In this document: piece after piece, positions 11,601 to 23,912 of the stretch
Numbering within the stretch: the first letter of the stretch is position 1
How the letters are laid out: every line of letters starts with the position of its first letter
Assembly (NCBI RefSeq): GCF_051903065.1
Contig: NZ_CP178438.1
Length of the DNA: 64,000 bases
Source of the DNA: Escherichia coli
GTDB lineage: Bacteria > Pseudomonadota > Gammaproteobacteria > Enterobacterales > Enterobacteriaceae
Strand: one strand, 5' to 3'
Position numbers and translations under genes: made by a program
The notes under the pieces: generated by a model
Database searches by the model: none
Seen by the model: only the letters and a program-made list of their open reading frames with translations
What the model was told of the DNA's origin: nothing

Positions 11601-11623
11601 TTGTCGGAGCCTAAAACAACCAT

Positions 11624-13102
11624 TCACCCCGCCCGTAAAAGCATTTTCATTTTTTCGCTGCGACAAAACTGACGCTTCACTTCCACCACCAGCGGATGGC
11701 GCGACAGCACAATCATCACCACAAACGCCAGCACGCCCGCGGCTATTTGCACCGCCAGCAGCATCCCCAGCGCCAGTTGCCCTTTCAGCACAATGCCCAG
11801 CACATAACTGACCACCAGCGTCGGCAGCGAGAGATAAAACGGCAGCCACAAACTCAGGATGTACTGGCGATAACTGGAACCGAGCACCGGTTTAATCATC
11901 ACGAAATAGCTCAGAATGGTGTTGATAATCTGCACCAGCAGGAAGCCAAGCGTGACGCCGATTGCGCCAGCCATCTGCCCACCAATAACAATCGCCGGAA
12001 TAAACAGAAATGTTTTGAATACGTTGAATTTAAAGCTGATATCGACCCGCGCTTTCGCCATCAGCAGCGAACCAATCGGGTTACCCACTGAGCGCAGTAG
12101 CCCCACCACACACAGCAATTGCAGCACCGGAATAATGCTGTTCCACTTTTCGCCAAATACCAGCGGTACAAAGTTATTCGACACCACCATTAGCCCCAGC
12201 AGCGCCGGAAAGTTAATAATCCCCACCACCGAAAGCAGCTTGTAGAAGTTAATGCGCAGCTTTTCGGTATCGTCCTGAATTTTGGCAAACGCCGGAAACA
12301 ACACCCGGGTGATGATCGGGTTCAGCTTCATCGGCGGTACAACGGCCACGTTGTACGCCAGGTTGTATCCCCCTGCCACGCCCGCGCCGAGAATACGCGC
12401 CAGCACCAGCGTTGAAAGGTTGGTGTTGAGATAGTTGATGATGCTGTCCGCCGTCAGCCAGGCACCAAAGCGTAAGTTCGGTGCCACCGACGCCAGCGAG
12501 AAATGCAGACCGGGGCGATAAATTTTGCGGCCAAAGTAGCCAAACAGCAGCGTTCTCACCGCACTATTGACCAGATAACCGAGGATCGCGGTCATCGCCA
12601 GCGGCCAGAAATGGGCGCTAACCACCGTAAAAGTGAAGCCCGCCAGTACCGCGCTGGTTTCGATCATGCCGATTTTGTTGAACTCCAGCTCCTTTTGCAT
12701 CAACGCGCGGAACTGCTGCCCGTGGGGGATCACCACAAACGCCAGCGACAATGTTTTAATCAACGGTGCCAGGTCCGGGTTGTTCAGCACGTCACCAATG
12801 AGATCACTCAACAAAAACACCGCCACGCACACCACAAGCCCCAGCCCAACGTTCAGCCAGTACAGCGTGGTGAGTTCAAGGTGGCTGATTTCTTTTCGCT
12901 GAATAATCGAGTTAGCAATACCGAAGTCAGAAAGCGTATCTGCCAGCGCGATGATCACCAGCGACACGGTAAGCAAACCGAACTGGTGGTTGTCGATGAT
13001 CCGCGCCAGCACGGTCATCTGCACCAGCCCGAGACCGATGATGATCACCGTGGCAATCGCCGACCACTTCGCGCCGCTGATGGTTTTTTCACGTAAGCTC
13101 AT
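11624..13102 (-). CDS. wzxC: Colanic acid repeat-unit flippase WzxC
   Basis: 492-aa polytopic membrane protein; position and length as in K-12. Confidence 0.9.
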   Translation of the reverse strand: MSLREKTISGAKWSAIATVIIIGLGLVQMTVLARIIDNHQFGLLTVSLVIIALADTLSDFGIANSIIQRKEISHLELTTLYWLNVGLGLVVCVAVFLLSDLIGDVLNNPDLAPLIKTLSLAFVVIPHGQQFRALMQKELEFNKIGMIETSAVLAGFTFTVVSAHFWPLAMTAILGYLVNSAVRTLLFGYFGRKIYRPGLHFSLASVAPNLRFGAWLTADSIINYLNTNLSTLVLARILGAGVAGGYNLAYNVAVVPPMKLNPIITRVLFPAFAKIQDDTEKLRINFYKLLSVVGIINFPALLGLMVVSNNFVPLVFGEKWNSIIPVLQLLCVVGLLRSVGNPIGSLLMAKARVDISFKFNVFKTFLFIPAIVIGGQMAGAIGVTLGFLLVQIINTILSYFVMIKPVLGSSYRQYILSLWLPFYLSLPTLVVSYVLGIVLKGQLALGMLLAVQIAAGVLAFVVMIVLSRHPLVVEVKRQFCRSEKMKMLLRAG

Positions 13103-13103
13103 A

Positions 13104-14498
13104 TCAATATGCCGCTTTGTTAACGAAACCTTTGAACACCGTCAGGAAAACGATTTTGATATCGAACCAGACGCTCCATTCGCGGATGTACTCAAGGTCG
13201 AACTCGACGCGTTTTTCCATTTTCTCCAGCGTGTCGGTTTCGCCACGCCAGCCGTTAATCTGCGCCCAGCCGGTAATGCCCGGTTTCACTTTATGGCGCA
13301 GCATGTAGCCTTCAATGAGCTGGCGATACTGTTCGTTATGCGCCACCGCGTGCGGACGCGGGCCAACAATCGACATCCCCCCGGTCAGCACATTGATAAA
13401 CTGCGGCAATTCATCCAGCGAGGTGCGGCGCAGAAAGTTCCCCACTTTGGTGACGCGCGGATCGTTCTGCGTCGCCTGAGTCACCACTTTGTCGTTCTCC
13501 ATCACTTTCATGGAACGGAACTTCCACACTTTGATCGGCTTGCCATCCATGCCGTAGCGAGTCTGGCGGAAAATAACCGGCCCAGGTGAACTGAGTTTCA
13601 CCGCCAGCGCAATGCAGCACAGCACCGGGGAGATCAGCAGCAGGATAAGCGTCGCCAGCACAATGTCTTCCGCACGTTTTAGCAAGCGGTTAACCCCGGA
13701 AAGTGGCGTGTCATACAGCGGCACCACCGGAACGCCGTTCATCTCTTCGAGACGTGAATGGAGAATGTTGAAGGTAAAGACGTCGGGGATCAGCAGCACC
13801 GAACAGGTAGTGTCCGCCAATTGATGGACCAGTTTTTTCACTCGCGCGCCGTCGCACATTTGCATCGCGATATAGACGTTATGAATCTTGCCTGCTTTAG
13901 CATCCTCGACCAGCTGTTGCAGGTTACCCGCCCAGTCGTTAGAAACGCCGCCCGGTTTCGGGTCGTGGTAAACGCCCACCACTTCAAACCCTAACCACGG
14001 CTGGTTACGGAAGCTCTCCATCAGCATTTGCCCGGCGGCTAAATCCCCCGCCACCGCGACCATGCGCTTGTTATAGCCATGATTACGCAGCCAGCCCGCC
14101 CCAATGCGAATACACGAACGGCAAACCACCAGTCCGATGCTGGTCAGCCCATACCACGCCAGCCAGATTTTCAGTTGCGTGTCGAAATCATTGTTGAACG
14201 CCACCAGTCCGGCGCTGAAAATCACGCTTAAGGTCCAGTTTTGTAGCAGCAGGGCAAATTCTGTCGCTGCCCGAACACCGCGCCATGAGCGATAAAAATC
14301 GGTGATGCCGCCCAGCATCTGGAACACCACCAGCGTAATCAGCGCCACCAACAGGTGCATGTAGAGGAATGACAGTCCGCTCACTTCGCAAACCAGCCAT
14401 AGTCCGGCAAACATGATGGTGATATCTGAAAAGCGTTGCACCATAGAGATTAACGATGCATTGGTTTTCGCTCGCTCGCGCTTTTTTAGATTTGTCAT
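13104..14498 (-). CDS. wcaJ: Undecaprenyl-phosphate glucose-1-phosphate transferase WcaJ
   Basis: 464-aa ORF with the C-terminal polyprenyl-phosphate sugar-phosphotransferase domain (SLDELPQFINVLTGGMSIVGPRP). Confidence 0.92.
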   Translation of the reverse strand: MTNLKKRERAKTNASLISMVQRFSDITIMFAGLWLVCEVSGLSFLYMHLLVALITLVVFQMLGGITDFYRSWRGVRAATEFALLLQNWTLSVIFSAGLVAFNNDFDTQLKIWLAWYGLTSIGLVVCRSCIRIGAGWLRNHGYNKRMVAVAGDLAAGQMLMESFRNQPWLGFEVVGVYHDPKPGGVSNDWAGNLQQLVEDAKAGKIHNVYIAMQMCDGARVKKLVHQLADTTCSVLLIPDVFTFNILHSRLEEMNGVPVVPLYDTPLSGVNRLLKRAEDIVLATLILLLISPVLCCIALAVKLSSPGPVIFRQTRYGMDGKPIKVWKFRSMKVMENDKVVTQATQNDPRVTKVGNFLRRTSLDELPQFINVLTGGMSIVGPRPHAVAHNEQYRQLIEGYMLRHKVKPGITGWAQINGWRGETDTLEKMEKRVEFDLEYIREWSVWFDIKIVFLTVFKGFVNKAAY

Positions 14499-14552
14499 CG
14501 TTGTTCCTGTTATTAGCCCCTTACCCGCAATGGGGTAAGGGAAGATCCGACA

Positions 14553-15923
14553 TTACTCGTTCAGCAACGCCAGCAGAGTTCGCGTTCGCGCTTCCATCAG
14601 CGGCACATCACCGCGTGATTCCACATTCAACCGCACCACCGGTTCGGTGTTGGAGGAGCGCAGGTTAAAGCGCCAGTCGGCAAAGGTCATGCTGATGCCA
14701 TCGGTGCGATCCACCGCCAGCGCCTCACGGCTAAAATGCTGTTCCACGCGGTTAATCGCCTCAACGGGTTGCGCCAGTTTGCTGTTGATCTCACCGCTTG
14801 CCGGAAACGCAGCCATCCGGTCGCGTACCAGTTCGCCCAGCGTTTTCTCTTTCAGGCATACCAGTTCGGCTACCAGCAACCACGGGATCATGCCGCTGTC
14901 GCAGTAAGCGAAATCACGGAAGTAATGGTGGGCGCTCATTTCGCCACCGTAGATGGCGTCTTCCTTGCGCATCCGTTCTTTAATAAAGGCGTGTCCGGTT
15001 TTCGACATTACCGGGGTGCCACCTGCGGCAGTCACCACATCAACGGTGTTCCAGGAGAGACGTGGATCGTGGATGATCTTCGCGCCGGGATTTTTTTCGA
15101 GGAATGCTTCTGCCAGCAGGCCGACAATGTAATAGCCCTCGATAAACTGCCCTTTTTCGTCAAACAGGAAACAGCGGTCAAAATCGCCATCAAAGGCAAT
15201 GCCCATATCCGCGCCGTGTTTGATGACCGCATTGCGGGTGTCGTCGCGGCATTCCGGCAGTAGCGGGTTAGGAATACCGTTGGGGAAATTGCCGTCCGGC
15301 GTGTTGTGTACTTTGATTAATTCCACCGGTGCGCCGAGGGCTTTAAATCGGGCTTCGATGGCGTCCACCACCGGCCCCGCTGCGCCGTTCCCGGAGTTGA
15401 TCACCAGCTTGAGCGGCGTGAGGTTTTTGACATTGATATAACCGAACAGGTGATCAACGTAAGCGTCACGCAGGTTGATTTGCTGATAGCGACCGCGTTT
15501 GGTTTCATCGACGGGAGGAAAGTCGTTGGCTTCAGCCAGGCGCTGGACATCGCGCAGTCCGGTATCACCGCTGATCGGGCGAGCCCCTTCGCGCACCAGT
15601 TTCATGCCGTTATAATCCATCGGGTTATGGCTGGCGGTAACTTCGATGCCGCCATCCACGCCGAGATGGAACGTGGCGAAATAAATCTCTTCGGTGCCGG
15701 ACATGCCAATATCCAGCACATCGACGCCCGCATCCTGTAAACCTTTCGCCAGCGCCAGTTTTAAGGTTTCGCTGGTGAGGCGGACATCGCCGCCTAAAAC
15801 AATGGTTTTCGGTTTAAGAAATTCGCCATAGGCGCGACCAATACGCCAGGCAATATCTTCATTCAGTTCTTCGCCTAATTTCCCGCGAATATCATAGGCT
15901 TTAAAGCAAGTTAATTTTTTCAT
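14553..15923 (-). CDS. cpsG: Phosphomannomutase
   Basis: Track ORF is 472 aa; likely true start is the ATG at 15921-15923 ([14 protein letters not shown]..., 456 aa); phosphohexomutase motifs. Confidence 0.92.
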   Translation of the reverse strand: MKKLTCFKAYDIRGKLGEELNEDIAWRIGRAYGEFLKPKTIVLGGDVRLTSETLKLALAKGLQDAGVDVLDIGMSGTEEIYFATFHLGVDGGIEVTASHNPMDYNGMKLVREGARPISGDTGLRDVQRLAEANDFPPVDETKRGRYQQINLRDAYVDHLFGYINVKNLTPLKLVINSGNGAAGPVVDAIEARFKALGAPVELIKVHNTPDGNFPNGIPNPLLPECRDDTRNAVIKHGADMGIAFDGDFDRCFLFDEKGQFIEGYYIVGLLAEAFLEKNPGAKIIHDPRLSWNTVDVVTAAGGTPVMSKTGHAFIKERMRKEDAIYGGEMSAHHYFRDFAYCDSGMIPWLLVAELVCLKEKTLGELVRDRMAAFPASGEINSKLAQPVEAINRVEQHFSREALAVDRTDGISMTFADWRFNLRSSNTEPVVRLNVESRGDVPLMEARTRTLLALLNE

Positions 15924-16012
15924 GTCGTTACCCTTTTTCAGGCAATAGTTGGCCCTGACCGAAGCGGCCAATTTTGTTTTTGTCGTTATTTACACCGCGG
16001 TTTCGCATTCAT

Positions 16013-16112
<100 letters not shown>

Positions 16113-16115
16113 CGT

Positions 16116-17552
16116 TTACACCCGTCCGTAGCGATCCGCGAAGCGCACCACATCATCCTCTTCGAGATAAGAGCCGGAGCGCACTTCAATTAAATCGAGC
16201 GGAATTTTCCCCGGGTTTTCCAGGCAGTGCGTCGCCCCCAGCGGTATATAAATGGACTCGTTTTCACCAAGCAGTTTGATATCACCGTCAATGGTGACTT
16301 TTGCCGTTCCCGCGACAACCACCCAGTGTTCCGCGCGGTGATGGTGCATCTGTACCGACAAGCCTTCGCCCGGTTTCACGGTGATGCGTTTCACCTGGTA
16401 GCGGTCGCCCGCGTCGATAGAGTCATATTTGCCCCACGGGCGATAGACTTCGCGATGTACCCGATGCTCATGGCGACCATCGGCTTTGATCTGCTCGACC
16501 ACTTTTTTCACATCCTGCACCGCGTTACGGTCGGCAATCAGCACCGCATCTTTGGTCTGCACCACTACCAGATCTTTCACCCCGACGGTGGTTACGAGGC
16601 CAGATTCGGCATACACATAGCTGTTTTCAGTTTTGTGATTAATCACATCGCCATGGCAAACGTTGCCCTCGGCGGTGTGGGCACTGATCTCCCATAAAGA
16701 GGACCAGGAACCGACATCGCTCCAGCCCGCATCCATCGGCACCACAACGGCATCTGCCGTACGTTCCATGACCGCGTAATCCACCGACTCTTCCGGGCAG
16801 GCCAGAAACGCTTCTTCATCCACGCGAATAAAATCGAGATCCGGATCGACGGCGCTCATCGCTTTTTCACAGGCATCGAGAATATCCGGGCGATATTTTT
16901 TCAGTTCTTCGAGATAGCGTCCGGCGCGGAACAGGAACATACCGCTGTTCCAGTAATATTCGCCGCTTGCCACATAGGCCTGAGCGGTTTCCAGATTCGG
17001 TTTTTCGACAAACTGCGCCACTTCAAAGGCCACCGTATCCTGCTCACCCGCCGACACTTCACCGCGACGAATATAGCCATAACCGGTTTCTGGTAGATCC
17101 GGCACGATGCCAAAGGTCACCAGCTTGCCCGCTTCGGCATACGGCATGGCATTACGCACGGCGGCACGGAACGCGTCTTCATCGGCAATCACATGATCCG
17201 CCGCCAATACCAGCATTAACGGGTCGCTCTCCGGGCTATGACGTTTTGCCGCCAGCGCCGCCAACGCAATGGCAGGTGCTGTGTTACGCCCTGCAGGTTC
17301 GAGAATAATGTTCTCGGTGAGTTTGTTCAGTTGACGCAGCTGTTCCGCGACAATAAAGCGGTGCTGCTCATTGCAAATCACCACAGGGCTTTCGCACTCC
17401 ACGCCGTTCAGGCGGCAGATGGTGGTTTGCAGCATGGTGAGATCGCCTTTCAGGCATAAAAACTGCTTGGGATAAAGTACGCGGGAAAGCGGCCATAAGC
17501 GGCTACCGGAGCCACCTGCCATCACAACTGGATAGAGTTTCGACTGCGCCAT
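16116..17552 (-). CDS. cpsB: Mannose-1-phosphate guanylyltransferase
   Basis: 478-aa ORF ([24 protein letters not shown]...) with C-terminal cupin domain. Confidence 0.92.
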   Translation of the reverse strand: MAQSKLYPVVMAGGSGSRLWPLSRVLYPKQFLCLKGDLTMLQTTICRLNGVECESPVVICNEQHRFIVAEQLRQLNKLTENIILEPAGRNTAPAIALAALAAKRHSPESDPLMLVLAADHVIADEDAFRAAVRNAMPYAEAGKLVTFGIVPDLPETGYGYIRRGEVSAGEQDTVAFEVAQFVEKPNLETAQAYVASGEYYWNSGMFLFRAGRYLEELKKYRPDILDACEKAMSAVDPDLDFIRVDEEAFLACPEESVDYAVMERTADAVVVPMDAGWSDVGSWSSLWEISAHTAEGNVCHGDVINHKTENSYVYAESGLVTTVGVKDLVVVQTKDAVLIADRNAVQDVKKVVEQIKADGRHEHRVHREVYRPWGKYDSIDAGDRYQVKRITVKPGEGLSVQMHHHRAEHWVVVAGTAKVTIDGDIKLLGENESIYIPLGATHCLENPGKIPLDLIEVRSGSYLEEDDVVRFADRYGRV

Positions 17553-17554
17553 AA

Positions 17555-18778
17555 TTATCCCCGAATATCATTTATAAATTGACGTAACACGTTCTCTTTA
17601 TCGAGCGTGCGTTCGGCATATTCACGTGCCACCGTGTTGTGTTTGGGCAGCAGGAGCGCCTGACGAATCCCCGCCACCAGCGCCTCAACCGATTCCGGTT
17701 CTACGCAAACCGCAATGCCCGGAAAGGTTTCGCAAAGCTGCCCCAGTTCTGTGTGGGCTTCTGCGGTAATCACCGCGTTACCGCCTACTGCCAGAATATT
17801 GGTCAGTTTCGACGGCAATACGGCATCTGCCGCGCCGCGTTTTTGCACCACCAGATGGCAATCGCCCATCTTCAGCAGTGCGGGTAAAGCGTCATACGAT
17901 TGCAGCGGGAAAAATTGCATGTTGTGCAGTCCACGCTGCTGCGCCATTTTTTCCAGCCGCGCTTTGCCGCCGCCCTGCCCGACAATGGCAAAAATCAGCG
18001 GTTCATCACGCAGGCGTTCGGCAGCTTCAATAACGTTTTCCAGCCCCTGCTTTTCACCAATATTGCCGGAGTAAAGAATGATTTTTTTGTTATCCGGCAG
18101 GCCAAGCTGGTTACGAAGAGCATCAACATCGGCGTCTGCAACATGCTGAAAACGGGCGATTTCCGACCAGTTGGGGAAGAAGATGACGTTTTCCGCCGCC
18201 ACGCCTTTTTCGATGGCTTTATTCATCATCGAACGCGAAATCGTGGAGACGTTATCGACGTTATGCAATCCGCTACGCTCAAACGCTGTTGCCAGCTGTG
18301 CCACTTTGCCGCCTTTGCCTTTTCCGGCAAGGCCCAGCCCCAGCATGGCGTCCACTTCGTAATCCTGAATATGCAGCACGGTACGCGCACCAGAGAGTTT
18401 CGCCAGCAGGCGCATTCCCGGCGTGCAAAACAGCGTTGGCACCACGCCGATAATACGATCCGGCTTCCAGCGACGTTGCGCCATCAACGGGAAAAAACTG
18501 CTGACGGCAAAACTGCCGAGATGCAACAGGCGTTTCAGGGTGCTCGGCTGTTTTGGCACATACAGCGGGCAGCGCCACACCGTGGCGGCCCCCTCTTCTC
18601 GTTTGTAGCGCCAGGCGGAATAGTTCTCGCCCACCTGCCACTGCGGGTAGTAAGGCGGTGCGGTAATGACCCGCACCTCATGACCTTGTGCCGCCAGCCA
18701 TTCCACCATCTCGCCGGTGTACTTGCCGATGCCGGTTAACTCCGGCGAGTAGTTAATGCCGTAGACCAGTATTTTCAT
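17555..18778 (-). CDS. wcaI: Colanic acid glycosyltransferase WcaI
   Basis: 407-aa GT-B glycosyltransferase; position and length as in K-12. Confidence 0.9.
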   Translation of the reverse strand: MKILVYGINYSPELTGIGKYTGEMVEWLAAQGHEVRVITAPPYYPQWQVGENYSAWRYKREEGAATVWRCPLYVPKQPSTLKRLLHLGSFAVSSFFPLMAQRRWKPDRIIGVVPTLFCTPGMRLLAKLSGARTVLHIQDYEVDAMLGLGLAGKGKGGKVAQLATAFERSGLHNVDNVSTISRSMMNKAIEKGVAAENVIFFPNWSEIARFQHVADADVDALRNQLGLPDNKKIILYSGNIGEKQGLENVIEAAERLRDEPLIFAIVGQGGGKARLEKMAQQRGLHNMQFFPLQSYDALPALLKMGDCHLVVQKRGAADAVLPSKLTNILAVGGNAVITAEAHTELGQLCETFPGIAVCVEPESVEALVAGIRQALLLPKHNTVAREYAERTLDKENVLRQFINDIRG

Positions 18779-19257
18779 AATCCGGGTACTCCGGCACGCT
18801 TCTCAGCGAGAAAATAGGCGCGGCTGTTAGCGTGAACATTGTCACTGGCGAGCAGTGCGTCCGGCGTCAGCCAGCGGTAATCGTCATGCTGTTCATCCGG
18901 CAGTAACAGCTCTTCTTCAGCGACTCTGAAGCAAAAACCGAGCACCACATAGTGAGTGGTGAAATCCGTGCCAGAGAAGTTATCGTCATAAAAGTGCTGC
19001 CAGACACCGTAAAACTGGCCTGCTGTTATCGGCAGACGCAGCCCCAGTTCCGCCATCGTCAGCCGCTCAAATGCGGCCTCCAGCGTTTCGTCTTTCTGCA
19101 CGCGCCCTCCCGGCACAAACCAGTAACCCTGCGCCGGGCGGTTGGTTCTTTTGCCAAGCAGAAACTCGCCGCGACTGTTCTCAACAATAAAGTCGAGAGA
19201 GACAAGCGGGGTGGAGCGCACTACCGTGGCAAAGTCTTCCTGACGTAAAAACATCAT
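18775..19257 (-). CDS. gmm: GDP-mannose mannosyl hydrolase (Nudix)
   Basis: 160-aa ORF with a Nudix box region; position between wcaI and fcl. Confidence 0.9.
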   Translation of the reverse strand: MMFLRQEDFATVVRSTPLVSLDFIVENSRGEFLLGKRTNRPAQGYWFVPGGRVQKDETLEAAFERLTMAELGLRLPITAGQFYGVWQHFYDDNFSGTDFTTHYVVLGFCFRVAEEELLLPDEQHDDYRWLTPDALLASDNVHANSRAYFLAEKRAGVPGL

Positions 19258-20222
19258 TACCCCCGAAAGCGGTCTTGATTCTCAAGGAACCACTGGTAAG
19301 TGCTGGCAAGCCCCGCTTCCAGTGAGATTTCGTGATACCAGCCAAGCTGATGCAGGCGCGTCACATCCAGCAGTTTGCGCGGCGTACCATCCGGTTTACT
19401 GGCATCAAAAACCACCCGACCTTTGTAACCCACCACTTTGGCGATGGTTTGCGCCAGCTCGCGGATAGTGCAGTCAATGCCCGTACCGACGTTAATGTGC
19501 GACAGCATCGGCTGGGTGTTCTCCAGCCAGACTTCGTGCGCCAGCTCCATCACGTGAATGCTTGCCGCCGCCATATCATCGACATGCAGAAATTCGCGCA
19601 TCGGTGTACCGCTGCCCCACACCACCACGTCCGGTGCATTCTGTGCCGTCGCCTCGTGGAAGCGACGCAGCAATGCAGGGATCACATGCGAATTACTCGG
19701 GTGGAAGTTGTCATGCGGGCCATACAGGTTGGTCGGCATGACTGAGCGGTAATCGCGTCCATACTGGCGGTTGTAAGATTCGCACAGTTTGATCCCGGCG
19801 ATTTTGGCAATGGCGTAAGGCTCGTTGGTCGGCTCCAGCGTGCCCTGCAATAATTCGCTTTCTGCCATCGGCTGTTTTGCCAGTTTCGGGTAGATGCAGG
19901 ACGATCCAAGAAACAGCAGTTTGTTCACGTCGTTCTGATGCGCGGCGTGAATGATGTTGCTCTCAATCATCATGTTCTGGTAGATGAAATCCGCCGGGTA
20001 GGTGTTGTTGGCAACAATGCCGCCCACTTTCGCCGCCGCCAGATAGACCTGGTCAATGCTTTCGCTGGCAAAGAAATCATGCACGGCGCGGCTGTCCAGC
20101 AGGTTAAGCTCGTCGCGGGTGCGTAATACCAGTTCCACATCACCGCGCTGTTCGAGCTGCCGCCTGATGGCGGAACCGACCATCCCGCGATGGCCAGCAA
20201 TAAAAATGCGTTGTCTACTCAT
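19257..20222 (-). CDS. fcl: GDP-L-fucose synthase
   Basis: 321-aa ORF ([19 protein letters not shown]...) of the NAD-dependent epimerase/reductase family, downstream of gmd. Confidence 0.93.
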   Translation of the reverse strand: MSRQRIFIAGHRGMVGSAIRRQLEQRGDVELVLRTRDELNLLDSRAVHDFFASESIDQVYLAAAKVGGIVANNTYPADFIYQNMMIESNIIHAAHQNDVNKLLFLGSSCIYPKLAKQPMAESELLQGTLEPTNEPYAIAKIAGIKLCESYNRQYGRDYRSVMPTNLYGPHDNFHPSNSHVIPALLRRFHEATAQNAPDVVVWGSGTPMREFLHVDDMAAASIHVMELAHEVWLENTQPMLSHINVGTGIDCTIRELAQTIAKVVGYKGRVVFDASKPDGTPRKLLDVTRLHQLGWYHEISLEAGLASTYQWFLENQDRFRG

Positions 20223-20224
20223 GC

Positions 20225-21346
20225 TTATGACTCCAGCGCGATCGCCACGTCGTAGCCGTGAGATTTCAGCAGAGAGTGTTTTTTCGCCGCTTCGAGGTCA
20301 TTAGCCACCATTTCAGACACCATCTCTCTGAGGGTGATTTCCGGTTTCCAGCCCAGTTTTTCGTGCGCTTTGGTCGGGTCGCCGAGCAGCGTTTCAACTT
20401 CTGCCGGACGGAAGTAACGCGGGTCAACGGCGATAATCACATCACCCGGTTTAACGCCCGGCGCGTCATGTCCGGTGACGGAAACCACAATGCCCTTCTC
20501 TTCAACACCCGTGCCTTCAAAGCGCAGTTTGATGCCCAGCTGTGCTGCCGCCATTTCTACGAACTGACGTACGGAGTACTGAACGCCGGTCGCGATAACG
20601 AAATCTTCTGGCTGTTCCTGTTGCAGCATCATCCACTGCATTTTTACGTAGTCTTTGGCATGGCCCCAGTCACGCAGGGAATCCATATTGCCGAGGTACA
20701 GGCACGACTCCAGCCCCTGGGCGATGTTGGCGATTGCGCGGGTGATTTTGCGGGTAACGAAGGTTTCGCCGCGGCGCGGGGATTCATGGTTGAAGAGAAT
20801 ACCGTTACAGGCATACATGCCGTAGGATTCACGGTAGTTGACGGTGATCCAGTAGGCATACAGTTTGGCGACCGCATACGGAGAGCGCGGATAGAACGGC
20901 GTGGTCTCTTTCTGCGGAATTTCCTGCACCAGACCATACAGTTCAGAGGTGGAAGCCTGATAGAAACGGGTTTTCTTTTCCAGACCGAGGAAGCGGATCG
21001 CCTCCAGCAGGCGCAGCGTACCCATCGCGTCGACGTCAGCGGTATATTCCGGTGACTCAAAAGAAACCGCAACGTGGCTCATTGCGCCCAGGTTGTACAC
21101 TTCATCCGGCTGTACTTCACGCAAAATGCGCGTCAGGTTGGAGGTATCACTCAGGTCGCCATAATGCAGATGGAATTTCGGGTTGCAGGTGTGCGGATCC
21201 TGATAAATGTGATCCACGCGCTCGGTGTTGAATGACGATGCGCGACGCTTAATACCATGCACCTCGTAACCTTTTTCCAGCAGAAACTCTGCCAGGTAAG
21301 AACCGTCTTGTCCGGTTACACCGGTGATGAGAGCGACTTTTGACAT
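20225..21346 (-). CDS. gmd: GDP-mannose 4,6-dehydratase
   Basis: 373-aa ORF ([32 protein letters not shown]...). Confidence 0.95.
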
Positions 21347-21373
21347 GTCTTATTCCTCTGTATTTTTTTGAAT

Positions 21374-21922
21374 TTATTCAGTTTCAACGCGTTTGCGTAT
21401 CACCACTGCGGGATTCCCCCGGCAAACCACATTTGCCGGAAGCGATTTAAAAACACTGCTTCGTGCACCCACGACGGTGCCGTCGCCAATCGTGACGCCT
21501 GGGGCAACAAAAACATCGGTTGCCAGCCAGCATTTCTCGCCAATCACAATAGGCGTGGCGTTAATGGTGAAATGTTGACTTGCATGGTCGTGGCTCCCGG
21601 TGCATAAATAACTTTTTTGCGATATCACCGAATGTGCGCCAATGGTTATTTCACCGAGGGTATATAAATTGACGTCATCGCCGACCCACGCGTAATCACC
21701 TAAGGTTAATTTCCACGGATAGGTAATTTTTACTGACGGACGAATAACTACGTTTTTTCCTATTTTTGCGCCGAATAAACGTAATAAAAATGTCCGCCAG
21801 CGATACAATACTTGTGGCGACCAGGCAAATAATGTTGCCTGTACTGCCCACCACAATTGCACTTTAATAGCGTTGCCGCCCCGGAACCCTTTCGGCACCG
21901 AGAACCCACTTAAATCCTGCAT
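21374..21922 (-). CDS. wcaF: Colanic acid acetyltransferase WcaF (hexapeptide-repeat)
   Basis: 182-aa ORF with left-handed beta-helix hexapeptide repeats. Confidence 0.9.
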   Translation of the reverse strand: MQDLSGFSVPKGFRGGNAIKVQLWWAVQATLFAWSPQVLYRWRTFLLRLFGAKIGKNVVIRPSVKITYPWKLTLGDYAWVGDDVNLYTLGEITIGAHSVISQKSYLCTGSHDHASQHFTINATPIVIGEKCWLATDVFVAPGVTIGDGTVVGARSSVFKSLPANVVCRGNPAVVIRKRVETE

Positions 21923-21937
21923 CGTTTTTCCTTATAT

Positions 21938-22684
21938 TTAGCTTTTGTTATATAAGGCTTTCGTCTTTGAGGTAGTACGCTGGCGTAAATGCCAGGATAG
22001 TTCTGCCCAGAAGCCAGGCACATGTAATATTTGCCGTTGGACTTTTTTGGCGTCAGCACACAATTCCATATTATTGGTGGTTGATACCCCACCCATAGAA
22101 AATTCAGACACCAGACCATTGAGTTTTTTAAATGCATAACCGGCTTTATACATTTTGGCTGCCAGCGCGTAATCAGAAGAAACTTTATATTCCAGGTCAT
22201 AACGCCATTTTTTCAAACCGGATACCGGGAAAAATATCGCCTGATGACTGGCGGGCAGGCTGTGATAAATATACCAACCCGGTTTGGCGCTACGTTTAAT
22301 TTTATGCCCGTCGCCAAAATCCAGCAGCGCATCGCCGGTGATCATCATGTTATCTTTTTGCATTTTTAACTTACGGACAAAATTTGCGGCATCCTGATGA
22401 AAAATATCGCCCGAGTTGAGAAACAACGCGAACTTGCCTTGTGCCATCGCAATGCCCTTGTTCATGGCGTCGTAGATACCGTTATCTGGCTCGCTGACAA
22501 AGCGTAGGTTATAGATACCATTGAGATTTTCCAGGTACTCACGGGTGCCGTCATTGGAACCGCCATCGACAACAATCCATTCGAAGCTGATATCGTCCGC
22601 CTGCGCCAGATGCGCCAGCGAGGCGTGTGTTTTGACTATCCCTTCGAGGTTACGAAACGCGACAGTGATTATGCTAAGCAACAT
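21938..22684 (-). CDS. wcaE: Colanic acid glycosyltransferase WcaE (GT2)
   Basis: 248-aa ORF with GT2 N-terminal motifs ([11 protein letters not shown]). Confidence 0.9.
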   Translation of the reverse strand: MLLSIITVAFRNLEGIVKTHASLAHLAQADDISFEWIVVDGGSNDGTREYLENLNGIYNLRFVSEPDNGIYDAMNKGIAMAQGKFALFLNSGDIFHQDAANFVRKLKMQKDNMMITGDALLDFGDGHKIKRSAKPGWYIYHSLPASHQAIFFPVSGLKKWRYDLEYKVSSDYALAAKMYKAGYAFKKLNGLVSEFSMGGVSTTNNMELCADAKKVQRQILHVPGFWAELSWHLRQRTTSKTKALYNKS

Positions 22685-22694
22685 GTTCTTATTC

Positions 22695-23912
22695 TTACCT
22701 CGTAATATTTAACGCTTTTCGCAAAATAAACGGACAGACGATTAAAAATGCATATTCCGGGCTAAATATCGAACCGGTAAAAAACAGCGATACCGGAGTA
22801 AAAAGATATAATTGCACGCGAAAATTGCGGTTATCACCAAAAGCGTTGATCATCATTTTTATCACTTTCCCCATGTACCACAGCGATAAAAACACCGCGA
22901 ACCAGGAAAAATAAATAATCAGCAGATACAAACCATTGTCTATGGTTTTTCCGATATCCGCACCGTTAAATATTCCGAATGATGCGACATATTCATAAAG
23001 TGAGCCAAATCTGACTACACCGTCAATATGGGTCAAAGAATAACCGACCATCACCAGCGGACCGACAATACGATAATACGATGACGATCCTTCCGTACCT
23101 AAATCGCCCAGACGGGTGGAAATATAAGGAAACGCGATTACCACACCAACCAGGAATACAGCCAGAGAAATCAATGCTAACGGTAACTTTTTCTTAATCG
23201 CCTCTTTATTCAGATATTGAAATGCCCACTCCAGCAAATAAAACAGGATAAAGGTCATAACCCCTGAAAACGATCCGGATAATATTATCCCTGCGAGAAT
23301 CATAGCATCTGTTTTAGGCGTTTTGATACCAAACTGTTTGATGCTGAGCCAAATTGAGATTAATGCCAGAGCGAAAAATGCCGGTTCGAAATAAAGTGCT
23401 GTCGTGCGCTTGCCGCCGAATTTAATGAAATTCAGCACATAGCTGTTGCTGTAAATCAGATATTTCGAAATCGACTCCATAATACTGCTGCCACCGGTGA
23501 GGATAATTTGCGCCATCTCCACCGCCGCCAGCGCCACCACCAGCCCGACCACCAGATAAAAGAAACGTAATATCTTGCGATGGTTGTGTGGCGAAATTGT
23601 TTTAAAACGAATACTCCACACCATGCCAATAATGATCACAATATAGACAAACAGCATGGTTGAAGTGACGTATTTACTGGCATCCAGCGACTGACCAAAC
23701 AGATAGTTAAACGCCGTGAGTCCCGCACCAATCCCTAAGGCAATCATCAATTTTTTAACGCTGATGCGTTCTAAAAACAGCAGTAACAAGACAGGTAAAA
23801 AAGTGACGATAGTGATGGGGAAACTTTCACCAAGCTGGGCGATTTTGACGTTAACCAGCAGGTAGATCAGCGGCAGCAGCAGGTAGCTACAGATTCTGAT
23901 AGAAGTTGACAT
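22695..23912 (-). CDS. wcaD: Colanic acid polymerase WcaD
   Basis: Track ORF is 429 aa; the internal start [12 protein letters not shown]... gives the 405-aa polytopic membrane protein expected for WcaD. Confidence 0.85.
   Translation of the reverse strand: MSTSIRICSYLLLPLIYLLVNVKIAQLGESFPITIVTFLPVLLLLFLERISVKKLMIALGIGAGLTAFNYLFGQSLDASKYVTSTMLFVYIVIIIGMVWSIRFKTISPHNHRKILRFFYLVVGLVVALAAVEMAQIILTGGSSIMESISKYLIYSNSYVLNFIKFGGKRTTALYFEPAFFALALISIWLSIKQFGIKTPKTDAMILAGIILSGSFSGVMTFILFYLLEWAFQYLNKEAIKKKLPLALISLAVFLVGVVIAFPYISTRLGDLGTEGSSSYYRIVGPLVMVGYSLTHIDGVVRFGSLYEYVASFGIFNGADIGKTIDNGLYLLIIYFSWFAVFLSLWYMGKVIKMMINAFGDNRNFRVQLYLFTPVSLFFTGSIFSPEYAFLIVCPFILRKALNITR

Noticed and set aside
11408-11614. 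ORFs 11408-11614 and 15974-16279 with repeated peptide segments
   Set aside because: They translate through REP/BIME palindromic repeats; the apparent repetition is the REP units, not a protein.
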